Source: Eledone cirrhosa (lineage: Eukaryota). Taken from it: a stretch of DNA of 64,000 bases. Positions 15,057 through 28,519 of this stretch are shown one piece after another. Where the stretch lies: NCBI GenBank assembly GCA_964016885.1, contig OZ024750.1, positions 36,394,001 to 36,458,000 on the forward strand, read 5' to 3'. The translations under genes were made by a program, and so were the position numbers. Within the stretch, counting starts at the first letter, position 1; each line of letters begins with the position of its first letter. The notes under the pieces were generated by a model. That model saw only the letters and a list, made by a program, of their open reading frames with translations, had not been told where the DNA came from and ran no database searches.

Positions 15057-15397
15057 TGTGAGTTCAATTCTCAGACCGGGTGATGTGTTGTTTCCTTGAG
15101 CAAGACACTTTATTTCACATTGCTCCAGTTTACTCAGCTGTAGAAATGAGATGATAGGACTGGGGTCCCTATCATTCCACTGCATAGTTGTCGTTGAGGT
15201 GCCACGGCAAAAAAACACCCAGCCCACACTGTAAAGTGGACGTGTATGCGCCACAGAAAAAAAGCACCCAGCACTCACTGTAAATGAGGTTGGTGTTAGG
15301 AAGGGCATCCAGCTGTAGAAATCAAGCCAGAATCAGTTCCCGTCCCACCCTTGCAAGTTGGGAAAAGGGGATGTAAAATGATGATGATGATGATGAT
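15057..15397 (+). mobile_element. Family A SINE, 5'-truncated
   Basis: B box, CORE-like segment, RTE-like tail, (GAT)n. Confidence 0.85.
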
Positions 15398-16129
15398 ATA
15401 TATATATATATATTATTTTATAGGCACCTAAGAGACTTCTGCTGTTCTGTCTCTGAAGTAACAAAAATATGTTGGTGGAAGCATTGATACAAAGGTGCAG
15501 GTCACTCTACAATTAATAAGTATTTTGTCAGTTTGCAATGCTAAGCACAAATACCTCTATAGGGAACTAAAGAAGGACGAATGGAACTACAAGTAACAGC
15601 TTTCAGCTGTTTTAATGGCTGTTCTAATGATGAGTTATCTCATTTTTATATGTATAGTATTAGCTAAGATTTATCAAACAACAACTGTTGAATAAGGAAA
15701 AGAATCTCTAAGTGTTAGTAACAGAAGTGAAATGATCATGGGTTTATAGTACTGAACAATCATCTTAAATATTTTGAACTGAAATATACTGTAGGCATTT
15801 TGGTATGTAGTTGTAAAGTATGTTTCACACAACATACCTCAGTTTTCTATTGGGTATAGGTACCAATCAACTAAGAATAATCCTGAAATAAACCAACATT
15901 TTATCCAAAGAAAATGTTTTCTTTCATCTACTTAATGGCTCTTGATAACTCTTTTGGGGCTTAGAAGGTATTTTCTTGAATATCTTGTAGGTAATAAAGA
16001 AAATCATTCTCGGTTTTCTAATTGCTTTTATTCAGAGCTTGTTACCTCTCTTAAAATGAAAATTTAAAACAAGTTTAAAATGAGAATAGCAGACCCTAAA
16101 CCTAAACCAATGGAGTAAATTCACAAAAT

Positions 16130-16250
16130 CATTAGAGTATCAGGCATTTTGTGTTATTTGTTCCAACTCTTTGCATTCTCAATTCAAATCCCGCTGAAGT
16201 CAACTTTGCTTTTCATTTTTCCTGGGGTCAATAAAATAAAATATTAGTCA
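16130..16250 (+). mobile_element. Degenerate family B SINE
   Basis: TTCAAATCCCGCTGAAGTCAACTTTGCTTTTCAT...GGGGTCAATAAAATAAA, similar to 41941-42128. Confidence 0.6.
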
Positions 16251-16713
16251 GAGAAGTTGGTTGGTGGAATTGTTAGGGTTCGACAAAATACTTTTCTGTT
16301 CTGTATTTCTTCCAGCTCTTTACCTTCTGTGAGTCCAAACAAAAGTGGTGTTTTTGGCTGTATCTAACCAACAAGAGGGTGAGAAATGTTTAAAGAAAGG
16401 CAACCGATGGAACAGCATTTTTTATTCTCCCATGAAAATTCCATGACAAGTATACAGCACTTGTGAAGGGTATCAGAGGGAATATTTGTCAAATTGGTGG
16501 AGCAAGGAAGAAAATCTAAAGTCACTAAAATGTGATAGAGGCTGATGTAGGGGGAGCAGTAATAAATGAAAGGTATTAGGGGCTGCTAAAAATTGAAATT
16601 AGTGTCATGAGATATATATATGTATCTCTCTCTCTATGTATATATATGTATATGTGTGTATGTATGTGTGTGTATATATATATATATGTGTGTATGTGTG
16701 TGTGTATATATGT

Positions 16714-16977
16714 CAGCTCAAAAGTGACACAGAGGAGACTGAGGTTAGCTGGAAAGGCTCACCGACATCTAGAGTTGACACTACACTCAGTGCTCCTGTG
16801 GGAGCCCCTGCATGGACACACTGGAAGAGGAAGACCGAAGTTAACATATGTTGATGCCCTAAGGACAGACACTGGTCTGTTGGAGATGCAGGACATGGCA
16901 GTGATAATGAGAGACAGAGACCGCTGGAGAGAACTCATCCATGGATCTCAGGAATTTTACCCGCCCTAGAATAGAAT
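16714..16977 (+). mobile_element. 3'-terminal fragment of a different RTE-group LINE
   Basis: RRLRLAGKAHRH...LLWEP...RGRPKLTYVDAL...RDRDRWR followed by a (TAGAA) tail. Confidence 0.75.
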
Positions 16978-17105
16978 ATATATATATATACACATATATA
17001 TATATATACACATAAATATATATATATAAATATATATATTTATATTTATATATATATATATATATTTATATATTTATATATATATATATATATATTATAT
17101 ATATT

Positions 17106-17136
<31 letters not shown>

Positions 17137-17159
17137 ATATTTATATATAGATATATATT

Positions 17160-17300
<141 letters not shown>

Positions 17301-17374
17301 ATTTATATATATATATATATGTTGGTATATATATATATGTTGGTTAGATTATCAATATTAGTATTATTGGGGCA

Positions 17375-17501
17375 CCCACTGATGAATTATAGGAGCCCAC
17401 TTCAATATATATCTATTGATGGTATACAAGCTCCTACATAAATTGGTATAATTTCACCCAAATTGTAGGAGTCCTATAATGAAATGAGACGTCCGTCTGG
17501 G
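17375..17501 (+). ncRNA. Type I hammerhead ribozyme motif with an enlarged, branched helix II
   Basis: CCCA-CUGAUGA(17379-17385)-AUUAUAGGA...UCCUAUAAU-GAAA(17481-17484)-UG-AGACGUC-C-GUC-UGGG: 9-bp helix II base, GUC cleavage triplet, 4-bp helix I. Confidence 0.75.
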
Positions 17502-17816
17502 AAGACATATATTAGATATGTCTCATTTGAAATAATACAGCCAATTTTCCACGCAATAGTTTTAGTTAGCACCCCGAACACATAATTGGGAATATTATCA
17601 CTTATTTCCTAATGTTTGTTGAGTGAGTTGGAATTTGGCCGGAGTATCGCTAAAAAGCTTTCTCCGATATTGTATTTATTTATATATATATATATATATT
17701 TATATAAATATATATTTATATATATATTTATATATATATATATATATATTTATATAAATATATATTTATATATATATATATATTTATATAAATATATATT
17801 TATATATATATATATT

Positions 17817-17848
<32 letters not shown>

Positions 17849-17849
<1 letters not shown>

Positions 17850-18683
17850 TGTTATACTTGGGGAGGGTCATATTTGTGCAATATTGCCAGAATTAATAAC
17901 AGAACACACTCACTGTTTGGTTGGTTTTCGCTTTTCGCTTCTGTGTCTTTCATATCGGTTAATTTAATTTATTCGGTCCTCAATGTTGCCATTGACTGAC
18001 CAACAGTCAAAAATACAGATACAATATAGACACAGACACATATATATAGTCTATCAAAGTTCTTTCGTTGCACGTCTGCAACATCGTCAGTGGTGCTATT
18101 GTTTCCTCCCGTTGCATTGTATTTTCTATGCCATCGTTATTTAGTCTAAAATAAATAAATAGATAAATAAATAAATACATACACAAGCACAATAACAACA
18201 AACACATATAAACACACACTAGTAAAGATAGAAAATATTAACCAATACACAGTCACCCAATCACGAACACACATCAAACAAAACACTATACACACACGCA
18301 AACGCATGCGCAAAGAAGGCAAAAAAAATAAACAAATAAATAACGTAGAAAATACAATGCAACGGGAGGAAACAATAGCACCACTGACGATGTTGCAGAC
18401 GTGCAATAAAAGAACTTTGATAGACTATATATATGTGTCTGTGTCTATATTGCATCTGTATTTTTTACTGTTGGTCAGTCAATGGCAACATTGAGGACCG
18501 AATAAATTAGATTACCGATATAAAAGACACAGAAGCGAAAAGCGAAAACCAACCAAACAGTGAGTGTGTTCTGTTATTAATTCTGGCAATATTACACAAA
18601 TATGACCCTCCCCAAGTATAACAATATTTGTTTCGACACACGATTTCATATCAAAATCCTTGCAAAACTAATTCATCACCGTT
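17849..18683. mobile_element. Asymmetric fold-back PLE-like element with ~280-bp arms, tail and two hammerhead-like cores
   Basis: Arms 17849-18128 and 18345-18624, tail 18625-18683. Cores at 18053-18095 (minus) and 18379-18422 (plus, CGAAA decayed to TAAAA). Confidence 0.82.
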
Positions 18684-18814
18684 ATATTTATATATATATT
18701 TATATATATATATTTATATATATATATATTTATATATATATTTATATATATATATATTTATATATATATTTATATATATATATTTATATATTTATATATA
18801 TATATTTATATATA

Positions 18815-18857
<43 letters not shown>

Positions 18858-18906
18858 TTATATATATATTTATATATATATTTATATATATATTTATATA
18901 TATATT

Positions 18907-18937
<31 letters not shown>

Positions 18938-19350
18938 ATATATATTTATATATATATATATTTATATATATATTTATATATATATTTATATATATATATT
19001 TATATATATATTTATAAATATATTTATAAATATATTTATATATATATTTATATAAATATTTATATATATATATTTATATATATATATTTATTTATATATA
19101 TAAATATATATATATTTATATATATATTTATATATATATATATATATATATGTTTATATATATATATATTTATATATATATGTTTATATATATATATCTA
19201 TATGTTTATATATATATTTATATATCTGTTTATATATATATTTATATATCTGTTTATATATATATATGTTTATATATATATTTATATATCTGTTTATATA
19301 TATATATGTTTATATATATATTTATATATCTATTTATATATATATATATT

Positions 19351-19383
<33 letters not shown>

Positions 19384-19540
19384 GTTTATATATATATATA
19401 TATTTATATATATATGTTTATATATATATATATTTATATATATATATTTATATATATATACTTATATATATATATTTATATATATATTTATATATATATA
19501 TATAAATATATATATATATTTATAAATATATTTATATATT
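18684..19540. repeat. (TA)n / TTTA(TA)n compound microsatellite
   Basis: Direct reading. Confidence 0.95.
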
Positions 19541-19707
19541 AAAGAGTTAAACAGTTAAACAAGATTCAATGAGTATATGAAAGAATGAGTTTTACAGTAG
19601 ATTGGAAGCACTCTATGGGAATAATTTTCCAGAGTTATTAATATTAAAATACAAATATTAATAACTTGATTAAATCTTAACCATTTAACATCTCATGGTA
19701 TGTCATG

Positions 19708-19779
19708 TATCATTATATTTTGTCTGATGAGGACGTATTGTTGTACATCTGAAATATGTATAATAAAATGTAATTGATA
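19708..19779 (+). ncRNA. Minimal type I hammerhead motif in a solo PLE 3' fragment (~19540-19825)
   Basis: AUUAUAUUUUGU-CUGAUGA-GGACGUA-UUGUUG-UACAUCU-GAAA-UAUGUA-UA-AUAAAAUGUAAU; 12-bp helix I. Confidence 0.78.
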
Positions 19780-19836
19780 AAAAGAACATCTATTTTATTA
19801 ATATTTGTATTTTAATATATTTATATATATATTTAT

Positions 19837-20175
19837 ATCATCATCATCATTTTACGTCCACTTTTCCCTGCTTGCAAGGGTGGGACGGGAACTGATTCTG
19901 GTTTGATTTCTACAGCTGGATGCCCTTCCTAACACCAACCTCATTTACAGTGAGTGCTGTGTGCTTTTTTTCTGTGGCACCTCCACGACCGCTTTGCAGT
20001 GGAATGATAGGGACTGGGGCCCCTATCATTCCACTGCAAAATCTGCGTAAACTGAGTAAACTGGAGCAATGTGAAATAAAGTGTCTTGCTCAAGGAAACA
20101 ACACATCACTTGATCTGAGAATTGAACTCACAACCTTTCGATTGCAAGCCCAATGCTCTAACCACTAAGCCATAT
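19837..20175 (-). mobile_element. Family A SINE
   Basis: Reverse complement of the head, CORE-like segment and (GAT)n tail. Confidence 0.85.
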
Positions 20176-20430
20176 ATATAATAATGATGATAATAATAAA
20201 AAGGACTATTTGTTATGTCTACATTAAATTTATATAGTAGTGACATGTGTTTCACTATTGATCAGCTGAAGGTACAATCTGTATTGGGCTAGCCTGGCTC
20301 TGGAATCAAAAGCTCGTCAGACCTCCGCTGTGGTAATGACGGATCTACACCTCTATACCTACTGTAAAGTATGCATCAAGTGCTCACTCTGGTGAACCTA
20401 CAGCAACTAGATGTTAAATTCCCTAGATAT

Positions 20431-20473
<43 letters not shown>

Positions 20474-20480
20474 AATATAT

Positions 20481-20646
20481 AAGGATTAGAATACTGGAGC
20501 GTGTTTGAGTCAAACACCCTCTTCGTATTATAGAAATGACAGTAAAAGGTATAGCTCAATGCAGTTAAACAGAGCCGAAAAATTAAGAGAGTAAAACAAA
20601 GAATCCTTTTGATGTATTAAAGGATTCTTTGTTTTACTCTCTTAAT
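20481..20646. repeat. ~100-bp leader plus perfect 28-bp hairpin within (TA)n
   Basis: ATTAAGAGAGTAAAACAAAGAATCCTTT (20582-20609) and its reverse complement (20619-20646). Confidence 0.8.
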
Positions 20647-20839
20647 ATATAAATATATATATATGTTAATATGTATATCTACTTATATATATGTATATAT
20701 ATACATATATATGTATATGTACTTATATATATATATATATATACATATATATGTATATATATACATATATATAAGTACATATACATATTAACATATATAT
20801 ATATGTATATATATATATTTATATATATATATATATATA

Positions 20840-21425
20840 TTGTTATATTTGGGGAGGGTCATATTTGCGTAATATTGCCAGAATTAATAACAGAACACAC
20901 TCACTGTTGGTTTTCGCTTCTCGCTGTCTTTTATATCTGCGATCTAACTTACTCGGTCCTCAATGTTGCCATTGACTGACCGGCGGTCAAAAATAATACA
21001 GATACAATATAGGCACAAACACATATATATAGTTTACATAATTTACATAAATCTTTCGTTGCACATCTGCAACATCGTCAGTGGTGTTATATTCATTGTT
21101 CCTCCTGTTGTGTTGTATGTCTACGCCATTTTTTTTATTCAGTCTGTCTATATATTTATTTATTTATTTGCTTGTTTGTTTATCTTATTTTATTTTGTCT
21201 TCTTTGCGCATGCGTTTGCATGTGTGTATAGTGTTATGTGTGATGTGTGACTAGTGTGTATAGTGTTGTGTCTGCTGGGTGACTAGTGTGTGTTTATGTG
21301 CTTGTTGTTATTGTGCTTGTGTATGTATTTATTTATCTTATTTTATTTTATTTTATTTACTTATTTATACTTCTCTTAGGTCAATGTTGTTTGTTTGGGT
21401 GTTGTTGTTGTTCCACTCATTCTTT
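20840..21425 (-). mobile_element. PLE-like terminal-repeat fragment with a hammerhead-like core at ~21045-21085
   Basis: Starts TTGTTATATTTGGGGAGGGTCAT; near-identical to 8894-9235. Confidence 0.7.
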
Positions 21426-21427
21426 CT

Positions 21428-22178
21428 GTTTCAGAACACCCTCCTCCCATGCTAATCTGATCTCCTAGGTACCAGAAGCTATCCACCACTTCTATAGCGC
21501 CCTCTCGCATTTGAAAAATGTGTCTATCAGTGCGACTTCTACTGTCTAATTTCCCTGTACATCTACTGCATACATATTTCTCCCTACCTGTTAGTTTGCC
21601 TGCTATCCTGCTACATCTCTTGTGTACCCAGGACCTGCATTGTGTGCATTTTATAGAATTTATGCCAGTTCCTTTTCTGCATATCGAACATGGCCATTTC
21701 CCTGACGGAATCAGGGTTTTGTCCTCTTTTCTACTCATCAACACTTTTGTCTTAGCTAGATTTACTCTCAGTCCTCTTGCTTCCAACTGCTGTTTCCATA
21801 GCCGGAATTTATTCTCTAGCTCCTCTACTGATTCTGCTATAAGAGCCAGATCGTCAGCATAGAGAAGTTCCCATGGACAGCCAGTCTTAAAGTCCTCTGT
21901 TATGGCTTGGAGGACTATAATGAACAAGAGCAGGCTGAGGACCGAACCCTGATGTACTCCTACTTGTATCTGGAATTCCTCACTAAACTCCATTCCTACC
22001 CTGACTTTACTGAGAGTACCTCTGTACAAAGTTTGCACTGTCCTCACAAGCCATTCCTCAACACCTAGCTTCCTTAGGGACCACCAGATGACAGATCGGG
22101 GTACCCTATCAAAGGCCTTCTCTAGGTCAACAAAGGCTAAGTATAGTGGCTTATTCTTCTCTAAGAACCTCTCTTGCA
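21428..22178 (-). mobile_element. Internal RTE LINE RT fragment
   Basis: FVDLEKAFDRVPR, GVHQGSVLS, LYADD, Cys knuckle; both ends missing. Confidence 0.9.
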
Positions 22179-22188
22179 TATATATATA

Positions 22189-22290
22189 TTGTTATACTTT
22201 GGGAGGGTCATGTTGCCAATAAGTATAACAATATCGGTTTCAACACACGTTTTCAGATAAAGAATCTTGCTAAACAAATTCAGAAACGAA
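22189..22290. mobile_element. Minimal copy of the 10279-type element (arm start joined directly to arm end and tail)
   Basis: TTGTTATACTTTGGGAGGGTCATGTTGCCAATAAG-TATAACAA followed by the same tail as 10626-10684. Confidence 0.75.
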
Positions 22291-22448
22291 ATATATATAT
22301 ATATATATTTACATATATATATATATATATATTTACATATATATATTTATATATATTTACATATATATATTTATATATATATATATATATATATTAAATA
22401 ACAGCCGTTTACAGAGTGAGAAATGAAATTTTGTTTCAGTTTTTCATT

Positions 22449-22562
<114 letters not shown>

Positions 22563-22586
22563 ATGTATATATTTATATATGTATTC

Positions 22587-22658
<72 letters not shown>

Positions 22659-23422
22659 ATGTATATATTATATATACTAACATGTGTATGTATATATGTA
22701 TACATGTATATATATATATATATACATGTATATGTATATATTTATATATACTAACATGTTTATGTATATATGTATACATATATATATTTACATGTGTGTG
22801 TATATATATATATATATATATGCACACACACACACATACAATAGTCTTACTATTGTTCCATTTGCAACTTAATTAACATTGCAAGTTCAATATTCCATAT
22901 ATATAATCAATAGGATATCTACTGAACAAATATATTGCATTATAGTATTGTATAATTATGGCTTTTAAATCAAATTAGGTGTACATTAAGCTCAATGAAA
23001 TTCTAATCATTGCAGACTTATGAGCAGAATACTGTTCAATTCATAGTACATATAATGATAGTGAAGTTATTTCATATGTAATAATACCAAATTTATTGCA
23101 GACAGAATCAGTTTAGATTAGATTAGATATTTGCAAATGTTTAAGTAACATTAGAAATTTGAACAAATTAATATTGTTTTAGACTAAAATTTAGTCCTTA
23201 TTGATTTATAAAATATTTACTGCAAGATCATTGCTTTAAATATTTTTAAATATTAGAAACCTTAAAGAGACTTGTAAAAAAAAATAAGAAAAGAAATTTA
23301 ACGTCTTTGTCGTTTGTTGCTAAAATCATTCTACTTTCCATTGGTACTACAAAATAAAGACATGATACCCACAAATGTTAGAGAATAGGAAATTTGAACA
23401 AATTAATGGTATTTTAGTCCTT

Positions 23423-23815
23423 ATTCATTCATTCATTCATTTCATTTTACGTCTGCTTTTCCCTGCTTCCAAGGGTGGGACGGGAACTGAGTCTGGCTTG
23501 ATTTCTACAGCTGGATGCCCTTCCTAACACCAAACTTATTTACAGTGAGTGCTGGGTGCTTTTTTCCCATGGCGCCTACACGTCCATTTTACAGTGAGTG
23601 CTGGGTGCTTTTTTGCTGTGGCACCTCCACGACCACTTTGCAGTGAAATGATAGGGACCCCAGTCCTATCATGTAATTTCTACAGCTGAGTAAACTGGAG
23701 CAATGTGAAATAAAATGTCTTGCTCAAGGAAACTACACATCACCTGGTCTGAGAATTGAACTCACAACCTTTCGATTGCAAGGCCAATGCTCTAGCCACT
23801 AAGCCATGTGCCTTC
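23423..23815 (-). mobile_element. Family A SINE with a (GAAT)n tail variant
   Basis: Full head, CORE-like segment and tail on the minus strand. Confidence 0.85.
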
Positions 23816-24147
23816 ACAAAAATATTTTAAATCTAAGATAAAGTAGAAGATCGAAACCCTATCTCCAATTTATACACACTCAATTGATGCATACATACAC
23901 CACAACTACCCACACGGCCACCTACAGACCAACATTATTATTAATTTATAAAATATTTAATACAAGACCATTGCCTTAATACATAGGCACACACACACAC
24001 ACACACACATATGCAATCGACATACAAGTCCAACAAAATTTTGTACATTTTCAATGTATCAAATTTTATTCATAAGGCTTTGGCCAACCCATATCTACAC
24101 TAGCAGACATTTACCCACAGTTTCACACAATGGAAGAGTATAGTTGA

Positions 24148-24290
24148 GTAAATCGACCCCAGTACTTAACTGGTACTTTATTTTATCGACCCCAGAAGGA
24201 TGAAAGGCAAATTTAATCTCAGTGGTATTTAAAATCAGATTATAAAGAACCAGAACAAATACCACTATGACATTTTATCCGATGCACAAT
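24148..24290 (-). mobile_element. Family B SINE fragment
   Basis: Reverse complement of GCCTTTCATCCTTCTGGGGTCGATAAAATAAAGTACCAGT. Confidence 0.65.
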
Positions 24291-24639
24291 CAAGGATATT
24301 AAAACCAAAATAATTTCCCCCTTATTTATGGGTATTGTGTACTCATGTCTTCATTCTCAAATGTCCTTTTTTTTTTTGTACAATAGAGAATGATTTGAGG
24401 GAGATAGTATGGCTGTCTCTAGCAGGTCATGTAACCACATAGATGCTCTCTCATTGGCTTCTATATTGAGTTAAATCTGTATAAATATATCTGCATAGAT
24501 TTACTGTAAAATAATTCCATATTAAAAGCTCATTATTTAATAATTGATTACCAGACTGATACATTCTCTCCTGAGGTTTAAAATTAGAAAGTATTTTAGC
24601 TAAACGCACATTGTATATATTCGTAACCAGGATTCTTTC

Positions 24640-24805
24640 TCGATTTAATTCAACTACATAACATGCTTATAAAGTCAGAAAACAGTACAGCTTCCATGAC
24701 TTTCATTTTTTCATGCTCATAGTTGCTGAAGCATGGAACAAACTACCTGCATCAGTTATTAGCTGATGAGTTTAAGTGCACCTGAGCACCGTACACAATA
24801 ATTCT
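24640..24805 (+). mobile_element. Deleted CR1-type LINE 3' end
   Basis: VAEAWNKLPASV joined to the terminus AGTGCACCTGAGCACCGTACACAATAAT; same family as 38040-38312. Confidence 0.65.
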
Positions 24806-25295
24806 CCCTTATTTTTTTAATTATTATAATGACCTTACACTTTCAAGACACTTTAGTTACAATGTTTGCAGAGGTTTAATACTGACCTAAAAAGGACCCA
24901 TTTCTTTCAAGATTACTTTTCAAATGGTTATGAATATTTCTCAGCTTCTTTTATTTTTTAATGAAAACCAACGACTTCAGACAAAAGCTGTTGATAGTCC
25001 CAAACAAGAAATAAAAAAAAATCCTTTTAACTTTATGGCGCTCAATATTTCAATATTTCCAAGCTCATAATGATTGACAACATTGATATTATCAATATAA
25101 TTTGGCTCCTAAATAGTAGTAATTATTTTTGACCTTTCATATAGTTCCAGCTAGGCTTTATAATGATTCTACAGGTGTATATATATTTTGTTTGTTTTAA
25201 ATATTTACTGCAGATATTGTTAAATATTTATTAAGCTAGAGATAGCCTGTTTTACAGAAAATTGGTTCAGCTTGTTCTATTTTGATTCTAGATGT

Positions 25296-25640
25296 AGGCA
25301 CATGGCTTAGTGGTTAGAGCATTGGCGTTGCAATCGAAAGGTTGTGAGTTCAATTCTCAGACCGGGTGATGTGTTGTTTCCTTGAGCAAGGCACTTTATT
25401 TCACATTGCTCCAGTTTACTCAGCTGTAGAAATGAGATGATAGGGACTGAGGTCCCTATCATTCCACTGCAAAGTGTTTGTGTAGGTGCCACGACAAAAA
25501 AAGCACCCAGCACTCACTGTAAATGAGGTTGGCGTTAGGAAGGGCATCCAGCTGTAGAAATCAAGCCAGAATCAGTTCCCGTCCCACCCTTGCAAGCAGG
25601 GAAAAAGCGGACCTAAAATGAAATGATGATGATGATGATG
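25296..25640 (+). mobile_element. Family A SINE, full length
   Basis: A/B boxes, CORE-like segment, RTE-like tail, (GAT)n. Confidence 0.88.
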
Positions 25641-25941
25641 TAATATCAGACTTTGGTGCTGCCATCTAGCTTTATAAATATGATTAGAAACTGTTTCTCG
25701 TATTTCTATAAAGAAGAGAAATGCGTACTTCTGTCTTAAATGTTTGTATAAGACACCTTCTATGATTCATATGCTGTGTGTATATGTATATATGTATATA
25801 TTTATGTATATATGGAAGCATTGTGGAAGGATGAATGTATGTGTGTGTGTGTTTGTGAGTATGTATATATATATATATATATATATGCATATATTATGGA
25901 TTGATGTATGTGTGTGTGCATTTATATATATATATATATAT

Positions 25942-26242
25942 ATGTAAAAGTTCTATTTAAATTGTTGGGATACAACAAGCAAATATTTTTATAACTGATA
26001 TAAAGCACTCAACAAATATTTGGAGTAAAAATACGATATTAACAAATGGAAACTATATTTATAAAACTGTATTTATTTCATTATACATATTTCAAGGACA
26101 CCAAGTTAAGTTATGGTGTGCTTTCATCAGATAAAATATAATATAGATCAGTTTTATAAATAAATATTGATATACCCTTAAAGAATGCAACCATTACTGT
26201 TGGAAGCTCCTGGATAGTGGAGTTATAGCTTTAATTATATTC

Positions 26243-26245
<3 letters not shown>
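25942..26245 (-). mobile_element. Solo PLE 3' end with tail and a hammerhead at 26072-26143
   Basis: Similar to the reverse complement of 7730-7951. Minus strand UAUUUUAU-CUGAUGA-AAGCACACCA...UGGUGUCCUU-GAAA-UAUGUA-UA-AUGAAAUA. Confidence 0.78.
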
Positions 26246-26337
<92 letters not shown>

Positions 26338-26343
26338 TATATA

Positions 26344-27201
26344 GTAATAATAATAAATGCGAAGACTAAAATCCAAAGAGGGCTCGATAAGGATAAATAT
26401 ATATCAAATATATATGAACCCTAGAGCAAATATGTATTAAAATAACAGATTAAAGTTTAAGCATAGAATTGTTGCATTTACCCTTAACAGGATCTTCTGA
26501 AACTAAAAAAACAATCTGTGAACGCAGAAGTAAATATTTTGAAAAATGTTGCAACTGAAGGAAAACAGGAAGACGATACTTTGGTTCGTGAAGACGTTGC
26601 CTGAAAATGAACGGAAAAAAGCGAAGATAATACGTTGTAATGTGGAGCGATGAGAACAATTACACGCAAAGACAAAACAACATTTATGGTATAAATGGAG
26701 TCGTTAGACTAATATTCCATTTAGGCGTTAAGAATAATGTGAATAAATTAGTTTAACACAAATGACAGGTTATTAAAATCCTAAAAGTAAAAATAATTAA
26801 GTATATACATACACACATCTATATACGTACATACATGTGCATACTCGAAAAACACATGCCATGCATGCATATACGTGCACGTACACATAAAGACGTACAT
26901 AAACTGGAGCGACACATATACCCACACACATACGAATGTATACACCAAATACGCATATAAATATATGTGTGTATACATATAATTATATATACATATATAA
27001 ATATACACGCATAAATGCGTATATAACGCACACACGCACACATACCTACAGGTAAATACACATTCCTTCAGTAGCAACGCTTTTCGAAATATTTACTTCT
27101 GCGTTCACAGATTGTTTTTTTTTTTAGTTTCAGAAGATCCTGTTAAGGGTGAAAGCAGTGATTCTTTGCTTAAACTTTAATCTGTTATTTTAATAAATAT
27201 A
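26344..27201. mobile_element. Asymmetric fold-back element with ~130-bp arms and an ~85-bp leader
   Basis: Arms ~26431-26562 and ~27064-27201; leader shared with 8172-8257; flanked by (TA)n. Confidence 0.75.
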
Positions 27202-27249
27202 TATTATATTATATATATATGTGTGTGTATGTATGTATGTATGTTTGTA

Positions 27250-27870
27250 TGTCACCAGTTGGTGCTACTGGTAACATGTATCCCAGTACAACCTGTCTCA
27301 TGGTCGGGTCGTTGGCGACTAAACTGGCAACCCGACCAAGGTTTCTTGGTGAGGAGGGTGACTTTGGACATCCTGCAGGACTAAAAACAAAACCTATCAA
27401 AGGGCAAAGGAGCTCTTAAGAGTCAATGGCCATCCAAAATCACCAGGAGAGATGACCCCTTAGCCTTTGTCAAGGCAGAATTCTAGAAGAAGGAAAACTC
27501 TGATATAACACCTGCAACCCTGATGGTATCCAATGATGTTGACTTGTTCTTCTTTTTGGTAAATATCATCTTGGTTAAAAGAGTGGGACTGGCTTTGTAC
27601 AGTGCCTTTGCTCACTATAAAAGCTTCACGGCACAGGCATTGCTTTATATCTGGAGATCTCTCTGCACTTGTCGTCACATGGTACCATGGGCCCAGCACT
27701 ATGTGTCAATAATTGTCACAAGTGTAGTGTTTGTACCAGAGTTTTCAAGTTGCTGGCTGGACTAAAAAGTCACAATCGTTCAGCGCATCGGTAGGGTTCT
27801 CCTACATGGATATAAAGTAGTGTCCGTACTCGAAAACGAGTTGGCAGCCACCATGTTTGTATGTATGTAT
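27250..27870 (+). mobile_element. Internally deleted RTE (BovB-like) derivative: putative 5' UTR joined to a C2H2-finger 3' end
   Basis: CTAGAAGAAGGAAAACTCTGAT motif at ~27483 (resembles RTE 5' UTRs), HKCSVCTRVFKLLAGLKSHNRSAHR* at 27717-27794, terminal stem-loop CTCGAAAACGAG, (TATG)n on both sides. Confidence 0.55.
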
Positions 27871-28519
27871 GTAATTCTTTGTCTCTCTGTCTTTGCCTTA
27901 TGCATTCTCAAAAGGCTTGACCAAATCAAATTAAATTTTATAAGACCCCATGATTAACAACATGTAATTCTCATTTTCATTTAGATTAAAATAATATAAC
28001 ATTTCATCTAAAATCTACTATAGTCAACTATAATAAACGGACGTATTATAACACGACGATGCAGTCACGTTTTGTATATGTGTGTGTGTATGTGTGTTTG
28101 CGCATTTGTTATGTACCTTAGGCCTTAGTAAGTTACATACACACACATCTTCACATTAATATTTAATCAGATATACAGAGAACTAAACACACACACACAC
28201 ACATCTGCCTGACTAGTATATGTGTGTGAGTACATGTGATAGTGTATGTATGTGTGTATGAGTATACATACATTTCTGTGACAACTGACATAACAAACGC
28301 TGGGGGGGGGTGAAACTGTGTTTGTTTGTATGAATGTATGTCTGTGTGTGTGTGTTTCATAAGTTTGTGTGAGTGTATGTGTTCATGAGTGAAACTCTGT
28401 GTGTTTATATGAATGTATGTCTTTGTTTTTTATAAGTGTATGTTTGTGTGAGTGTATGTATGCCTGTTTATGTTACCGTCATGTTGTTGTTTGGCGTGTT
28501 CGTATAGTACTGAACCATT

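Noticed and set aside
25296-25365. tRNA gene with a GCA anticodon-like loop
   Set aside because: Arms pair poorly and it is fused to SINE body and tail in every copy; it is a SINE head.
26585-26625. Hammerhead-like GTGAAGA-CGTT...AACG-GAAA
   Set aside because: First core C is missing and no UH cleavage site follows GAAA.
27250-27400. HDV-like ribozyme in the putative RTE 5' UTR
   Set aside because: Hairpins and a CUAA segment exist, but I could not build the P1/P3/P1.1 nested pseudoknot by eye; needs a motif search.
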